Program-made: the position numbers and the translations under genes | Shown: positions 9,474 to 19,477 of the stretch, piece after piece | How positions within the stretch are numbered: the stretch's first letter is position 1 | Layout of the letters: each line of letters starts with the position of its first letter | From: a virus | Taxonomy: Duplodnaviria; Caudoviricetes | Virus record (IMG/VR): IMGVR_UViG_3300011952_000001 | Span: 771 to 64,770 of that record | Length of the DNA stretch: 64,000 nucleotides | Direction: 5' to 3' (one strand) | Notes under the pieces: model-generated | Database searches by the model: none | What the model was told of the DNA's origin: nothing | Seen by the model: only the letters and a program-made list of their open reading frames with translations

Positions 9474-10553
9474 ATGGCAAACGGAGGATCATGGGATGCT
9501 TCTGCACTACCAATTCGCCCAGGGCTGTACGCAAACTTCGTAAAAGCTGCGGGTTTGTCAATTATGGGCGGCGCTAGAGGTATTGTAGCAGTTCCAATCT
9601 TTACTTACACTGGCGGAAAAGCCACGTCCGGAAAGTTTTACACTGTAAACTCGGTTCCTGACGGCATTGATCTCGTAGGCAGCGCAAATGCAACGCCTAT
9701 CACTCGAATTTTAGAAGGCGGCGCTAAAGAAGTTTTAGTTTATGCGGTGCCAGCGCTAGGTGAAGGTACAGCTACGGAGCAATACGCTAATATGCGAGAA
9801 GCTTATTCAGTTCAAGACTTTAACGTCTTTGTATACCCGACAGTTGTCGATGATACAGAGCAAACGGCAACAAAAGCATGGGTGAGCGCGTGTCGCAGTG
9901 AAGGTAAGCACTTTACGTATGTAGCTGGCGGGGACGCTGAAAGTGACGCTGATATCGCATCAGGAAATGCTCGATCAATAGCACTCAAAGACGAGTATAT
10001 CGTGAATTTAGTGACTGGAGTAGTTTTGCCAAATGGAACAGAGGTTCAATCAGCGGATTATGCGCCTTATATCGCAGGACTTATCGCAGGTACTCCGATT
10101 AATAAGTCTACTACTTATGCGGAATTGCCAGTTGTGGACGTTACTTTACGTCTTAAAAACTCGCAAATCGAAACGGCACTTACTTCCGGCTCATTAGTAA
10201 TCGTTAAGGACGGAAATAAAGTACGAATCGAGCAAGGGATTACTACGAATAGTGACGCTACGGAACGAGGTAAGATTCGTACAACACGTGCTAAACAAGC
10301 GGTTGCTACAGACTTACCGTCAGCAGCACGCGATAACTACATCGGCAAAATCGATAACAATCCGAATGGTCAAGCATCGCTAATCGCAGCGTTCAAAGCT
10401 TACTTAGAAACGTTAGCTGGCGAAAATGTCTTAGCTGATCCGCGTGTTGCGCTCAGTCCTAGCTTTAAGTCGGAAGGCGACAAGGTATTTATCGATGTAT
10501 CATACGAGGACCTAGATTCGGTAGAACGTATTTTCCTAACGATTACGCACTAA
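9474..10553 (+). CDS. Tail sheath protein (XkdK-like, compact)
   Basis: RPGLYANF N-terminus; KIRTTRA...YIGKIDN C-terminal sheath motifs. Confidence 0.88.
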   Translation: MANGGSWDASALPIRPGLYANFVKAAGLSIMGGARGIVAVPIFTYTGGKATSGKFYTVNSVPDGIDLVGSANATPITRILEGGAKEVLVYAVPALGEGTATEQYANMREAYSVQDFNVFVYPTVVDDTEQTATKAWVSACRSEGKHFTYVAGGDAESDADIASGNARSIALKDEYIVNLVTGVVLPNGTEVQSADYAPYIAGLIAGTPINKSTTYAELPVVDVTLRLKNSQIETALTSGSLVIVKDGNKVRIEQGITTNSDATERGKIRTTRAKQAVATDLPSAARDNYIGKIDNNPNGQASLIAAFKAYLETLAGENVLADPRVALSPSFKSEGDKVFIDVSYEDLDSVERIFLTITH

Positions 10554-10582
10554 TAGACGACAAATTAACGGAGGTATAACGC

Positions 10583-11014
10583 ATGGTTATGAAATCGACA
10601 GATGCCGTATCAGGTACGTTTGGTAAGTTAATTCTCGATGGCGAGTGGCTTACGAACGTCTACGGCGTAGAAGTTAACGGCGAAGTAAATTACGAGGATG
10701 TAAAGCGCTCAGGCACTCGCTCAAAGGGTAAAAAGGCGATGGACTTCGAATTTACTGGAACGATTAAGTCGTACAAAATGAGCAACGAATTCGCGAAGAA
10801 GATTGGCCAGATTACAGACGACACTAAAGGCGCGTTTGTAACGGAGCTGATCGTCGCATTAGAGGACCCGGAAAATGCGCCAGTTGGTGCGGAGAAAATC
10901 CGAATCAAAGGCGTTCAATTTACGAATATTCCAGTTATCAACTTTGAGCACGGCTCACTCGTTGAGGAAGAATTGCAGTTCGTCTGCGAAGGTTACGAGT
11001 ATATCACTATTTAG
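10583..11014 (+). CDS. Tail tube protein (XkdM-like)
   Basis: SGTFGKL, L.DPEN...E.I.IKGVQF, EEELQF motifs; follows sheath. Confidence 0.88.
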   Translation: MVMKSTDAVSGTFGKLILDGEWLTNVYGVEVNGEVNYEDVKRSGTRSKGKKAMDFEFTGTIKSYKMSNEFAKKIGQITDDTKGAFVTELIVALEDPENAPVGAEKIRIKGVQFTNIPVINFEHGSLVEEELQFVCEGYEYITI

Positions 11015-11088
11015 TTCAAAATGACGCAAGGGCTACGGCTCTTAGCGTCCTTTTAAATTCGAAAATAAACTCAACGGAGGTTTTATAT

Positions 11089-11481
11089 ATGGACGCATTA
11101 CAAGCATTACTAGGCGCAAAGCCAGCGACTGAAATTACGGCACAGGTGAAAATCAAACGCTTAGGTACAGAATTTACGATCAAGGCGCTAACTGGCGAGG
11201 ACATCGATAAGATTCGGGACCAAGCGACTTACCCAACGAAAAACGGTAAAAAAACGGAGTTAAAAGTAAACGAGGAAGAAGTAGCACGACTACTTATCGT
11301 TAAAGCCGTAGTATCACCTAACTTTTCTGATGCGAGCTTACTTAAACATTTCGAAGCCTCAGACGCAGGAGAGTGCGTTCAAAAGGCGCTATTAGCTGGC
11401 GAGGTTGCTGCGTTACAAAACGAAATCTTAATGTTATCCGGCTTTGATGACGAGGAAGAAATCGAAGAAGCAAAAAACTAA
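11089..11481 (+). CDS. Tail assembly chaperone (XkdN-like)
   Basis: Between tube and tape measure; ends GCA AAA AAC TAA. Confidence 0.85.
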   Translation: MDALQALLGAKPATEITAQVKIKRLGTEFTIKALTGEDIDKIRDQATYPTKNGKKTELKVNEEEVARLLIVKAVVSPNFSDASLLKHFEASDAGECVQKALLAGEVAALQNEILMLSGFDDEEEIEEAKN

Positions 11482-11657
11482 TAAAGGCGGGCGGCGAAGC
11501 GTTTTTGCTGCACCGCATATGGCAAGACAAGCACGTCCTTCCTCACGAAATTTACGCATTAGAAAGACGTTATAAAAACTTCGTTTTCGCATCTGAAATG
11601 CTTGTCATCGAGGAAGAAGAAAAGGCAGAAAAAGAACGCCAGAAAGGAGGAAAATAG
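11472..11657 (+). other. -1 programmed frameshift site (A AAA AAC) and frameshifted chaperone extension
   Basis: Slippery heptamer 11472-11478 just before the stop; the -1 frame is open (KKLIKAGGEAFLLHRIW...QKGGK) to TAG 11655-11657, abutting the tape measure ATG. Confidence 0.85.
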
Positions 11658-14063
11658 ATGGCCGTAAATTTAACCGCAGTATTCCGAGTTCGCGATCAAG
11701 GAACTTCGAGGCTTCGTCAAATTACATCGATGATGGACCGCATGAACCGTACAAGCCGAACTACTAGCGATAGTATGTCGCGAGCACAGTCGGCGACTAA
11801 CCGACTTGGCGGAGCAGTGTCGTCAGCAACAGGACGTATGGACGGATTTTCAGCAAGAGTCAGTCGTTTACACGTAGGCTCTAACGGATTAAGCGCCTCT
11901 TTTGGCGGTTTACAAAGTACATTGCTCGGACTGGCTAGTGCGTATTTGACTGCACAAGGGGCGGCTAAAGCTTTCGATATGACAATCGGGGCGGCAGCAC
12001 GATACGAACAAGCAGAAGTCGCGGTAAAGGCGATTTTTAATGATACGAAGAAATCCAGCGCGTATCTGCAAATGGTCGATAAAATGGCGATTGATTCACC
12101 GTTGCTAAATTCTGGTGAGATGCTTAAGTCGTCGAAAGCGTTAGTTGCAATGACAAAAGACGTTGGAGAGCTAGGGAAAGCCTGGTCGATTATCGAACGT
12201 TTAATGGTGCTGGACCCTACCCAGGGAACTGACGGAGCAGCCTTTGCCTTGAAAGAGATGTGGCAGGGGGATGCACTTTCTATGGTTGAGCGTTTTGGGC
12301 TTAGTAAGAGCAAGCTAAACGATATAAAGAAAATGGGCATCGCAGAACAGAACGCTGAACTTAATAAAATGCTTAACAAGATGGGAATAACGCAAAAAAC
12401 CGTAAACTCTATGGGCGAGACGACTCTCGGCTATTGGGCGCAAATACAAGAACGAGTCGATAAGTTCATGCGACAAGTTGGTAATCTCGGAAACTCTAAG
12501 CTTGGTGACACGTTAGGCAAAATCGTTGAAGCCTTCGACAATACGGATTTGGACAGTATTGCAGCGAAACTGGACGCTAAACTCGCAGGGATAGTCGATA
12601 AAGCCATCGCCTTCGGTAAGCTCCTATGGCAGTGGCGAGAGCCTATCACTTACATCGCCGGAGCACTTACCGCAGCATTGGGCGCATTTGCAATCGTAGG
12701 AATCATCGCCGCATTAGTGAATCCAGTAGCGTTAATTGCCGCTGGAATAGCCGCAGCAGCAGTTGGATTTAAAGCACTCTATGACAATAGTAAAACATTT
12801 CGTAGCATTATAACTGGCATAGGTAGTGCTTTTAAAGCTGTATCAACAATATTTAAAAGTGGATTCAAAGGTTATGGTTCAGCAAGAAATGTTCTAGAAG
12901 AAGCTGGATTTAATGAGGGACAGGTAAGACTAGTTATAAAGTTTGCTTATTCTTTAAAAGGCGCGTTCGATAAGGTTAGAGGATCTTTTCAAGCAGTTTC
13001 TCATATCTTTTCGGGAGAGTATAGAGCGGCGAGAGACCTTTTGAAAGCTGTCGGACTTGATGAAACTCAAGTAAAGTCAGTTATAAAATTCTCTTATATC
13101 TTAAAAGGGGCAGTTGATAAGGTAAAGAGTGTATTCAAAGAACTGACTACAGCATTCAACGAAGGCGGCATCGGCGGCGTGTTTGACAAGTTATTCGGAG
13201 AGGGTTCATTCGAAACGCTCAAAACGAAATTCGAAGAGATCAGATCGTATATTACCGAAAAATTCGGTCAACTCAAAGGCGTTTTTGGGCGACTGAAAGA
13301 AACGTTCTCCCAAGCGTTTTCAACTATCGCTGACATCATCTCAAATGTATGGTCGATTATTGAGCCTTATTTGAGCGGATTCTGGAACATTCTGCAGGTT
13401 ATCGGCGATATCGCAATGATTGTTTTTAATAATGTAATTGTTCCGGCATTCTCGTTCTTGATTCAGTTGTTTTCGACGTTATGGTCCATCGCAAAGCCTA
13501 TTTTAACGGCGTTAGGGATTGCTTGGGAGGCTTTGTCTGCCATTATAAAGTGGGCATGGGACAACGTTTTAGCACCGTTAGTTGACTTCATTTTAACTGG
13601 CGTTAAAAATGCGTTAGATAACTTTTCCGGAGCGTTAGCTATCGTTCAAGGATGGTTCGAAACGCTTAGCGGATGGATTTCGACTGCAAAGGGCCATGTA
13701 AAGGACTTTATCGGATTTATCTCTAGCGCTAAGCTGCCGAGCTGGATTAGTAACGGAATTAACGCCGGAGTAAATTTCGTCGGAAATTTAATCGGTGCTG
13801 GCGACGGCAAAAAAGGCGGTAAGAAATCGCACTATAGCGGACTAGATTCTGTGCCATATGACGGTTATTCGGCGCGGTTACACAAAAACGAAAAAGTTCT
13901 TACTGCACGGGAGGCTAAAGCTTATGACGAAGGTCAAGGCAGATTAGGCGGAGGAGTCGTTATCTCTGGCAACAACTTCACAGTACGTGAAGAGGCAGAC
14001 ATACATCGCATAGCGTTTGAGCTAGCGAAATTAATCGAACAGGAGATGGTGCAAACTGGCTAA
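11658..14063 (+). CDS. Tape measure protein
   Basis: 801 aa, Ala/Gly/aromatic repeats; C-terminal GLDSVPYDGY.ARLHKNEKVLT motif. Confidence 0.92.
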   Translation: MAVNLTAVFRVRDQGTSRLRQITSMMDRMNRTSRTTSDSMSRAQSATNRLGGAVSSATGRMDGFSARVSRLHVGSNGLSASFGGLQSTLLGLASAYLTAQGAAKAFDMTIGAAARYEQAEVAVKAIFNDTKKSSAYLQMVDKMAIDSPLLNSGEMLKSSKALVAMTKDVGELGKAWSIIERLMVLDPTQGTDGAAFALKEMWQGDALSMVERFGLSKSKLNDIKKMGIAEQNAELNKMLNKMGITQKTVNSMGETTLGYWAQIQERVDKFMRQVGNLGNSKLGDTLGKIVEAFDNTDLDSIAAKLDAKLAGIVDKAIAFGKLLWQWREPITYIAGALTAALGAFAIVGIIAALVNPVALIAAGIAAAAVGFKALYDNSKTFRSIITGIGSAFKAVSTIFKSGFKGYGSARNVLEEAGFNEGQVRLVIKFAYSLKGAFDKVRGSFQAVSHIFSGEYRAARDLLKAVGLDETQVKSVIKFSYILKGAVDKVKSVFKELTTAFNEGGIGGVFDKLFGEGSFETLKTKFEEIRSYITEKFGQLKGVFGRLKETFSQAFSTIADIISNVWSIIEPYLSGFWNILQVIGDIAMIVFNNVIVPAFSFLIQLFSTLWSIAKPILTALGIAWEALSAIIKWAWDNVLAPLVDFILTGVKNALDNFSGALAIVQGWFETLSGWISTAKGHVKDFIGFISSAKLPSWISNGINAGVNFVGNLIGAGDGKKGGKKSHYSGLDSVPYDGYSARLHKNEKVLTAREAKAYDEGQGRLGGGVVISGNNFTVREEADIHRIAFELAKLIEQEMVQTG

Positions 14064-14730
14064 GAGTCCTATCGCAATATGGCTGAAAGATCGTCATAAC
14101 GTTTATAAGCAATTTCCGGTAAATCCCGAAGTAGTCAGTCGCGAATCTCCTTTCGATTTCACGACGGTCAAAATCGCTAGTCTCGGTGATATCATCATTC
14201 CAGGTGAGCGAGGATTGAAGAAGTATTCGTTTAGTTCGTTCTTTCCTCGCGACTATAATCCGACCTACTGCGAATACGAGAATTTTATGGAGCCGTGGAA
14301 ATGGGTTGAGCAAATCGAAAACTGGCGGGATACACGATTAAACATTCGCTTAATCATTACAGGCACACCGATTAGCGTTCCAGTATTTGTTGAATCATTC
14401 GACTTAGAGCCAGAGAAAGCCGGAGCACCTGGCGATATTTATTATTCAATTACTTTTGTGGAGCATCGCCCATTTACTGCTAAACAGTTGGTTACTGACA
14501 GCAAAGGTAAAACAACTGCGACCGCCCCAAAACAGCAGACACAATCGCAATCAAAAGATATAAAGCCTTCAACTTATACAGTTGTAAAAGGAGATACGCT
14601 ATCTAAGATTGCTAAAGCTGAGTATGGCGATATTTCTAAATGGAAAAAGATTTACGAAGCTAATAAGAAAACCATTGGCAAGAATCCGGACGTAATTAAG
14701 CCAGGACAAAAGTTGGTGATCCCCGTATGA
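14056..14730 (+). CDS. LysM-containing tail/baseplate initiator (XkdP-like); probable CTG start
   Basis: ORF 14215..14730 extends in frame to CTG 14056 (LAKSPIAIWL...FPVNPE) behind AGGAG; C-terminal LysM YTVVKGDTLSKIA...IKPGQKLVIP. Confidence 0.85.
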   Translation: MAKSPIAIWLKDRHNVYKQFPVNPEVVSRESPFDFTTVKIASLGDIIIPGERGLKKYSFSSFFPRDYNPTYCEYENFMEPWKWVEQIENWRDTRLNIRLIITGTPISVPVFVESFDLEPEKAGAPGDIYYSITFVEHRPFTAKQLVTDSKGKTTATAPKQQTQSQSKDIKPSTYTVVKGDTLSKIAKAEYGDISKWKKIYEANKKTIGKNPDVIKPGQKLVIPV

Positions 14731-15809
14731 ATTTACGAATACTCATTAATGGTTCTTTCGATATCTCCGAAATGGTATCTTCTGCAGAGTTATCAGGAGA
14801 CACATCGAAGTTTAATCGGCAGCTAAATGTCAACGCAATTGTAACGAAGGATGGTCGTACGCCTCAATTCCGTGTAAGCGAAGGTAGTCGTATCTCGTTA
14901 CGAATTGATAATAAGCTACTTTTCGTCGGAGTTGTGTTTTCGCATGAAGTAAATAGCGATGGTAACGTCACTTTGACGGCTTACGACAGTAACGTTTATC
15001 TGACGAAATCAAACGATTCGCGAATATTTAAAAACAAAAAGGCGTCTGAGGTCATTACGATGCTTGCTAAAGACTTCGGTATCAAAACAGGTAAAATTGC
15101 AGATACCGGCTACGTTATTCCTTACTTGCGTATGTCTAATAAGACATTATTCGATATGGTCGTAACTGCGCTAAAACTCACGGCTAGTCAGACAGGCAAG
15201 CGATTCTTTATCGGTAACGATGGCGGTAATCTGACGCTAAAAGAAGGCGCAAAATCTGATACAAAGTACGTATTTAAAGACGGAGCAAATCTAATCAGCG
15301 CATCTTTCAAATCGTCTATTGAGGACACCATTACGCAAGTTAAAGTAATTGGCGGCGCAAAAGGTAAGGAGATATCGGTTGTTGCTAAAAACGAAAAGCT
15401 CCGTCAAAAATTCGGCGTAATGCAAGCTTTAGAGACAATGGACGAAAAGGCTACGGCATCTCAGATAAAGCAACGAGCTGACGCCTTAATGAAGCAAAAA
15501 GGCGTAATTGACGAACAGTATCAAGTGGAAGTCTTAGGCATTCCGGAAGTAGATGTCGGCACGCCAGTTTACATTAAAAACGTTATGACAGGCATTTATG
15601 GTGCGTTTTATGTAACGTCAGTAAAGCACACATACGCAGAAAATCATTTGATGTCGTTAGAACTCAGTCGAACTTACGATTTACCAGACATCGAGATTAG
15701 CTCGGATGATTTAAAGCCGGAAGAAGTAAAAGCTAAAGGTTCGAAGAAAAAGAAAACATCTAAGAAAGCGCTAGAAGCAGAGAAGAAAAAGGAGGCGACT
15801 AAACAGTGA
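14727..15809 (+). CDS. Baseplate hub protein (XkdQ/YqbQ-like)
   Basis: LTAYD..VYL.KS.DSRIF.NKKASE, IADTGYVIP motifs; gene order. Confidence 0.85.
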   Translation: MNLRILINGSFDISEMVSSAELSGDTSKFNRQLNVNAIVTKDGRTPQFRVSEGSRISLRIDNKLLFVGVVFSHEVNSDGNVTLTAYDSNVYLTKSNDSRIFKNKKASEVITMLAKDFGIKTGKIADTGYVIPYLRMSNKTLFDMVVTALKLTASQTGKRFFIGNDGGNLTLKEGAKSDTKYVFKDGANLISASFKSSIEDTITQVKVIGGAKGKEISVVAKNEKLRQKFGVMQALETMDEKATASQIKQRADALMKQKGVIDEQYQVEVLGIPEVDVGTPVYIKNVMTGIYGAFYVTSVKHTYAENHLMSLELSRTYDLPDIEISSDDLKPEEVKAKGSKKKKTSKKALEAEKKKEATKQ

Positions 15810-16117
15810 CGATGGAAGGAAGTGGAGCATCTCGACTAAAGCAGATTATTGTAGGCAGTTCCAGTCCATCTGGCGTTGACATTAAACGAGCAATCGTTAA
15901 AACGTTGCCTCCAGAAATATCCGTTCAAGTCGACGGTGATTCAATCGATACGCCTGCGGAAGGCATTATTGTCGCGGAGCACCTAACCGAACACAAACGC
16001 ACTATCAACGGTTCAGAAGTAATATTTAGTTGCGACTTGAAAATTAACGATCCCGTTATTGTAGCGATAGCGAACGACGGTCAGGTCGTATATGTGTTAG
16101 ATAAGGCGGTGATTTAA
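15806..16117 (+). CDS. Baseplate spike-like protein (XkdR/DUF2577-like)
   Basis: Size, gene order, C-terminal LK.ND.V...GQ..YVLDK. Confidence 0.75.
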   Translation: MTMEGSGASRLKQIIVGSSSPSGVDIKRAIVKTLPPEISVQVDGDSIDTPAEGIIVAEHLTEHKRTINGSEVIFSCDLKINDPVIVAIANDGQVVYVLDKAVI

Positions 16118-16118
16118 C

Positions 16119-16559
16119 GTGACATTAACACCGATTGAGTACGAAATCTTAGCAGAAGAAGATGAAAATCTCGACTTAGACTCTGACGCACTGCCTGAAC
16201 TTGAAACGTCTAAAACGTGGCTAATCGACTTAGAAAACGGACGTCTCGGTACTTTTATTGACGAGGAAGAAGCTATTCGTCAATACATTCGAAAAGCGCT
16301 TATGACCTCACGAAATCGTTATCTGATTTATGATGATACGTATGGCGAAGATTTGCGCGATTTAATCGGTCAGAATTTATCGAAAGCGCTAATGGACGTA
16401 GAAATTCCACGAGTGGTCCGTGAAGCTATCGAAGGCGACGACCGTATTGAGGAAGTATCTGACGTAAATGTGACGCAATACAATTCCGATAGCATCTTAA
16501 TCGAAGTAACGGTTATTACAACTACTGGACTATTCTTAACCGAGGAGGTGACGACTTAA
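16119..16559 (+). CDS. Baseplate wedge protein (XkdS/DUF2634-like)
   Basis: EAIRQYIRKAL.T.R.RYLIY...YG motif. Confidence 0.82.
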   Translation: MTLTPIEYEILAEEDENLDLDSDALPELETSKTWLIDLENGRLGTFIDEEEAIRQYIRKALMTSRNRYLIYDDTYGEDLRDLIGQNLSKALMDVEIPRVVREAIEGDDRIEEVSDVNVTQYNSDSILIEVTVITTTGLFLTEEVTT

Positions 16560-17629
16560 TGGCGATAACACCGCGATTTAGCGACCAAACAGAAACAGCG
16601 ATTTTAGACCGATTGCTGGATGCGATTGTTCCCGAAGTAGACAAACGCCAAGGCTCAATAGCCTACGATTTATCCGATCCTGCAGCGCAAGAGTTCGCTC
16701 ATGCTTATATTTCGCTCGACAGGACGCTAAGCTATGCGTTTCTAAACGAAGATATGCCGTCAGATTTATTGACGACTGCAGCGTCAGATTTTGGAGTTGA
16801 CCGCAAGCCGGCCATCAAAGCGAAAGGTGAAGTAACGTTTACCGGTCAAATTGGTCAGTTCATTCCGAAGGATACGCAAGTTCGAACGGACGATGGCGTT
16901 TATTTTCTCACGCTTAATGACGCTGCCTTAACGCAAGAAACGACGAAAGTTCAAGTTGAGGCAGAGATAGGCGGTATCAGCGGAAATGTCGATATTGGAA
17001 AAATTGATACAGTCGTAGGCGATTTAGCCGGAGTGCTTACCGTCACAAACGAATTAGCGTTCGATAACGGCGTAGACGAAGAATCGGACGAATCATTATT
17101 ACAACGTGTTTACGATAAAGTCCGCAAGCCAGCAACGTCTGGCAACGTTTATCACTACGAACAATGGGCGCGTGAAGTATCTGGCGTAGGTGCTGCGCGA
17201 GTTTATCCGACTTGGAATGGTCCTGGCACAGTTAAAGTCGTTTTGTTAGGCGATGACAAGCAGGCGCCTTCTCAAACGGTTATTGACGCAGTGATAACGC
17301 ACATTGGAGAAGAACGTCCAGTAGGCGCTAATGTGACTGTAGTAGGTGCAACGGAAGTGTCAATTAATATTAACGCAGATTTAACGCTTGCTAGTGGCGC
17401 ATCAATAGGCGATGTTAAAGCTGACATCGAAAAGGCCGTTCAAGCTTATTTAGAATCGCTAGCCTTCAACGATACGCTTATTCGATATACGCGAATTGCT
17501 GCGATTCTGCTCGACGTACCTCGCATTATTGACTACGCAAATCTAACGGTCAATGGCGGCGAATCAAACATCGAAGTGACTGACGAGCAAGTTGCGATTT
17601 TAGGGACGGTGACTGTCAATGCCGTATGA
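16559..17629 (+). CDS. Baseplate J-like protein (XkdT)
   Basis: DKRQGSIAYD, G.DEESDE.L..R, SGNVYHYEQWA.EV.GVG motifs. Confidence 0.92.
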   Translation: MAITPRFSDQTETAILDRLLDAIVPEVDKRQGSIAYDLSDPAAQEFAHAYISLDRTLSYAFLNEDMPSDLLTTAASDFGVDRKPAIKAKGEVTFTGQIGQFIPKDTQVRTDDGVYFLTLNDAALTQETTKVQVEAEIGGISGNVDIGKIDTVVGDLAGVLTVTNELAFDNGVDEESDESLLQRVYDKVRKPATSGNVYHYEQWAREVSGVGAARVYPTWNGPGTVKVVLLGDDKQAPSQTVIDAVITHIGEERPVGANVTVVGATEVSININADLTLASGASIGDVKADIEKAVQAYLESLAFNDTLIRYTRIAAILLDVPRIIDYANLTVNGGESNIEVTDEQVAILGTVTVNAV

Positions 17630-18176
17630 TCGTAAATTAATCGATTATGTGCCGCCTTATTACAACGAATTGCTCGAATCTAGCGAACTATTATCCGCAG
17701 AAGATGCGGAGTTTGCGCGCCTGACTGCTAGTATTGACGATTTATTATTACAATTTAACGTTAGTACAGCGACGTGGGGATTGCGTGAATGGGAACGTAT
17801 TTGTGGAATAGTGACCGATACTAATAAAACGCTTGGTGAGCGGCGGAGCAACATTAAGGCGCGACTACGCGGCGCTGGCGTTGTAACTGCGTCTCACATA
17901 AAGAACGTAGCTGACGGATACTACGGTGGCGAGACGGATATAATCGAACGATATTCGGAATATCTAATCGTCGTTAAATTTACGTCAAGCTACGGAGTGC
18001 CTTCGAATCTATCGGACTTGCAAGAGGTTTTGCGCGAGATTATTCCAGCACATTTAGCGATTGAGTACGAGTTCAAATTCGTGACTTACGATATTTTAAA
18101 GAACGCATATAGCACGTATAATGACGTGCTTGCTAGCGGAAATACTTACGATGAAATAATGAATGGAGGCGTCTAG
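17619..18176 (+). CDS. Baseplate protein (XkdU/YmfQ-like)
   Basis: TATWGL..WE..CGI and IIPAHL motifs. Confidence 0.88.
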   Translation: MPYDRKLIDYVPPYYNELLESSELLSAEDAEFARLTASIDDLLLQFNVSTATWGLREWERICGIVTDTNKTLGERRSNIKARLRGAGVVTASHIKNVADGYYGGETDIIERYSEYLIVVKFTSSYGVPSNLSDLQEVLREIIPAHLAIEYEFKFVTYDILKNAYSTYNDVLASGNTYDEIMNGGV

Positions 18177-19454
18177 ATGGCGACACCAAACTATAATTTG
18201 CCAACTATTAGCGGAAATATGACCGCTGATGTAGTTCGGGATATGAACGCTTTGGCGGAGGCTACGGATACCGCGATTAAAGAGGCGATTGATAACGTAG
18301 ATTTGTCTGGAATTAATACGAAGCTCGATAGTCATATCAAAGATGATATAGGGCATGTATGGTATTGTGGTTCTTCTGTTGGTCAAGATGTTTTAGTTTT
18401 AACTGCTAACATGTTACCTATTATGGATAAAAACGCGGAAAAGCCTGTCCCGAAAGTCGGTGTTGCTTTTAGGTTTATAAAAGGTAGTCAGAACAATGCT
18501 GGAAGTGTAACGCTTTCTGTGATAGTGAATGGTAAATCCTCTATCGCGTATCCAGTAATGAAACCCGACGCTACGCAATTAATGGCTGGGGACTTAGTAG
18601 GCGGTGTTATATACACTGTGGCGTTTACAGGTACTTTTTTTGCCTTACAGGGTGAAAGCGGGGTGAAAGTAACTAGAAATAACGCAAGCTACAATACGGC
18701 TGGGACATACGAATTAACCGTCCCTAAAGGCGTTAGCAAAATAACCGCCTACATCTTCGGAGCTGGCGGCGGTGGTGGTTGTTTTAACTCCGCGCTCAAT
18801 AGAGGCGGTGGAGGTGGCGGCGGTGGTGCATTCTTATTAGCTTCAATAAACGTCACGCCTGGTCAGAAACTAACTATTATTGTCGGCAAAGGCGGTAGTG
18901 GTAGCGGAGCTGCGCAACAACACGGTGTTAGTGGGGGCTATTCCTCCGTACGTTCTAATGGAGTAGACTTCATAGCGGGCGGCGGTGGAGGTGGTGCTAG
19001 TGGTGGTAACGGTGGCGGCACTCAAGATAGCGGGCTCGGTGGTGAAGGTGGCGTTTACAATAAAACTTATGTGCCCCCGGGTGGTTCTTATGATAATAAA
19101 GACGGCACATTATACAGCTTTGCAGCTAACAGTGTCGCTAATCTAAGCGAGCGGCTTGTTTCTTTTGGTGGTGGAGACGGTGCTTATTTCACAAACTCGT
19201 CCGACGGAGGCGGTGGAGGCGGTGCCGCTAGTGACGTTTCAGGTGGTAAAAAAGGGTCGTTTTCTTATGGTGGTGCTTATGGTCCTTACGCCACTAACAT
19301 TTACGGCGGTCCGGGAGGTGCGGGAGCAATTTACAGCGCTAGTGCTAAGTCGGGTAATGCGCCCGGTGGAGGCGGTGGCGGTGGCGGATTTGTCAACAAC
19401 GCTTACGTAGGAGGCGCTAACGGAGCAGACGGTAGAGTCATGTTGTATTGGTAA
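18177..19454 (+). CDS. Tail fibre / receptor-binding protein with glycine-rich C-terminal domain
   Basis: N-terminal MATPNYNLP anchor; C-terminal GAGGGGG...GADGRVMLYW glycine-rich domain. Confidence 0.82.
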   Translation: MATPNYNLPTISGNMTADVVRDMNALAEATDTAIKEAIDNVDLSGINTKLDSHIKDDIGHVWYCGSSVGQDVLVLTANMLPIMDKNAEKPVPKVGVAFRFIKGSQNNAGSVTLSVIVNGKSSIAYPVMKPDATQLMAGDLVGGVIYTVAFTGTFFALQGESGVKVTRNNASYNTAGTYELTVPKGVSKITAYIFGAGGGGGCFNSALNRGGGGGGGGAFLLASINVTPGQKLTIIVGKGGSGSGAAQQHGVSGGYSSVRSNGVDFIAGGGGGGASGGNGGGTQDSGLGGEGGVYNKTYVPPGGSYDNKDGTLYSFAANSVANLSERLVSFGGGDGAYFTNSSDGGGGGGAASDVSGGKKGSFSYGGAYGPYATNIYGGPGGAGAIYSASAKSGNAPGGGGGGGGFVNNAYVGGANGADGRVMLYW

Positions 19455-19477
19455 CAACTAACAAAGGAGTGAAGCTT

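Noticed and set aside
11717-12379. Long antisense ORFs in the track (e.g. 2284-2808, 11717-12379, 24512-24979)
   Set aside because: Shadows of well-supported + strand genes; no RBS or recognisable motifs.
18750-19454. Glycine-rich fibre tip as a diversity-generating retroelement target or shufflon
   Set aside because: No reverse transcriptase, template repeat, invertase or alternative tip cassettes in the window.
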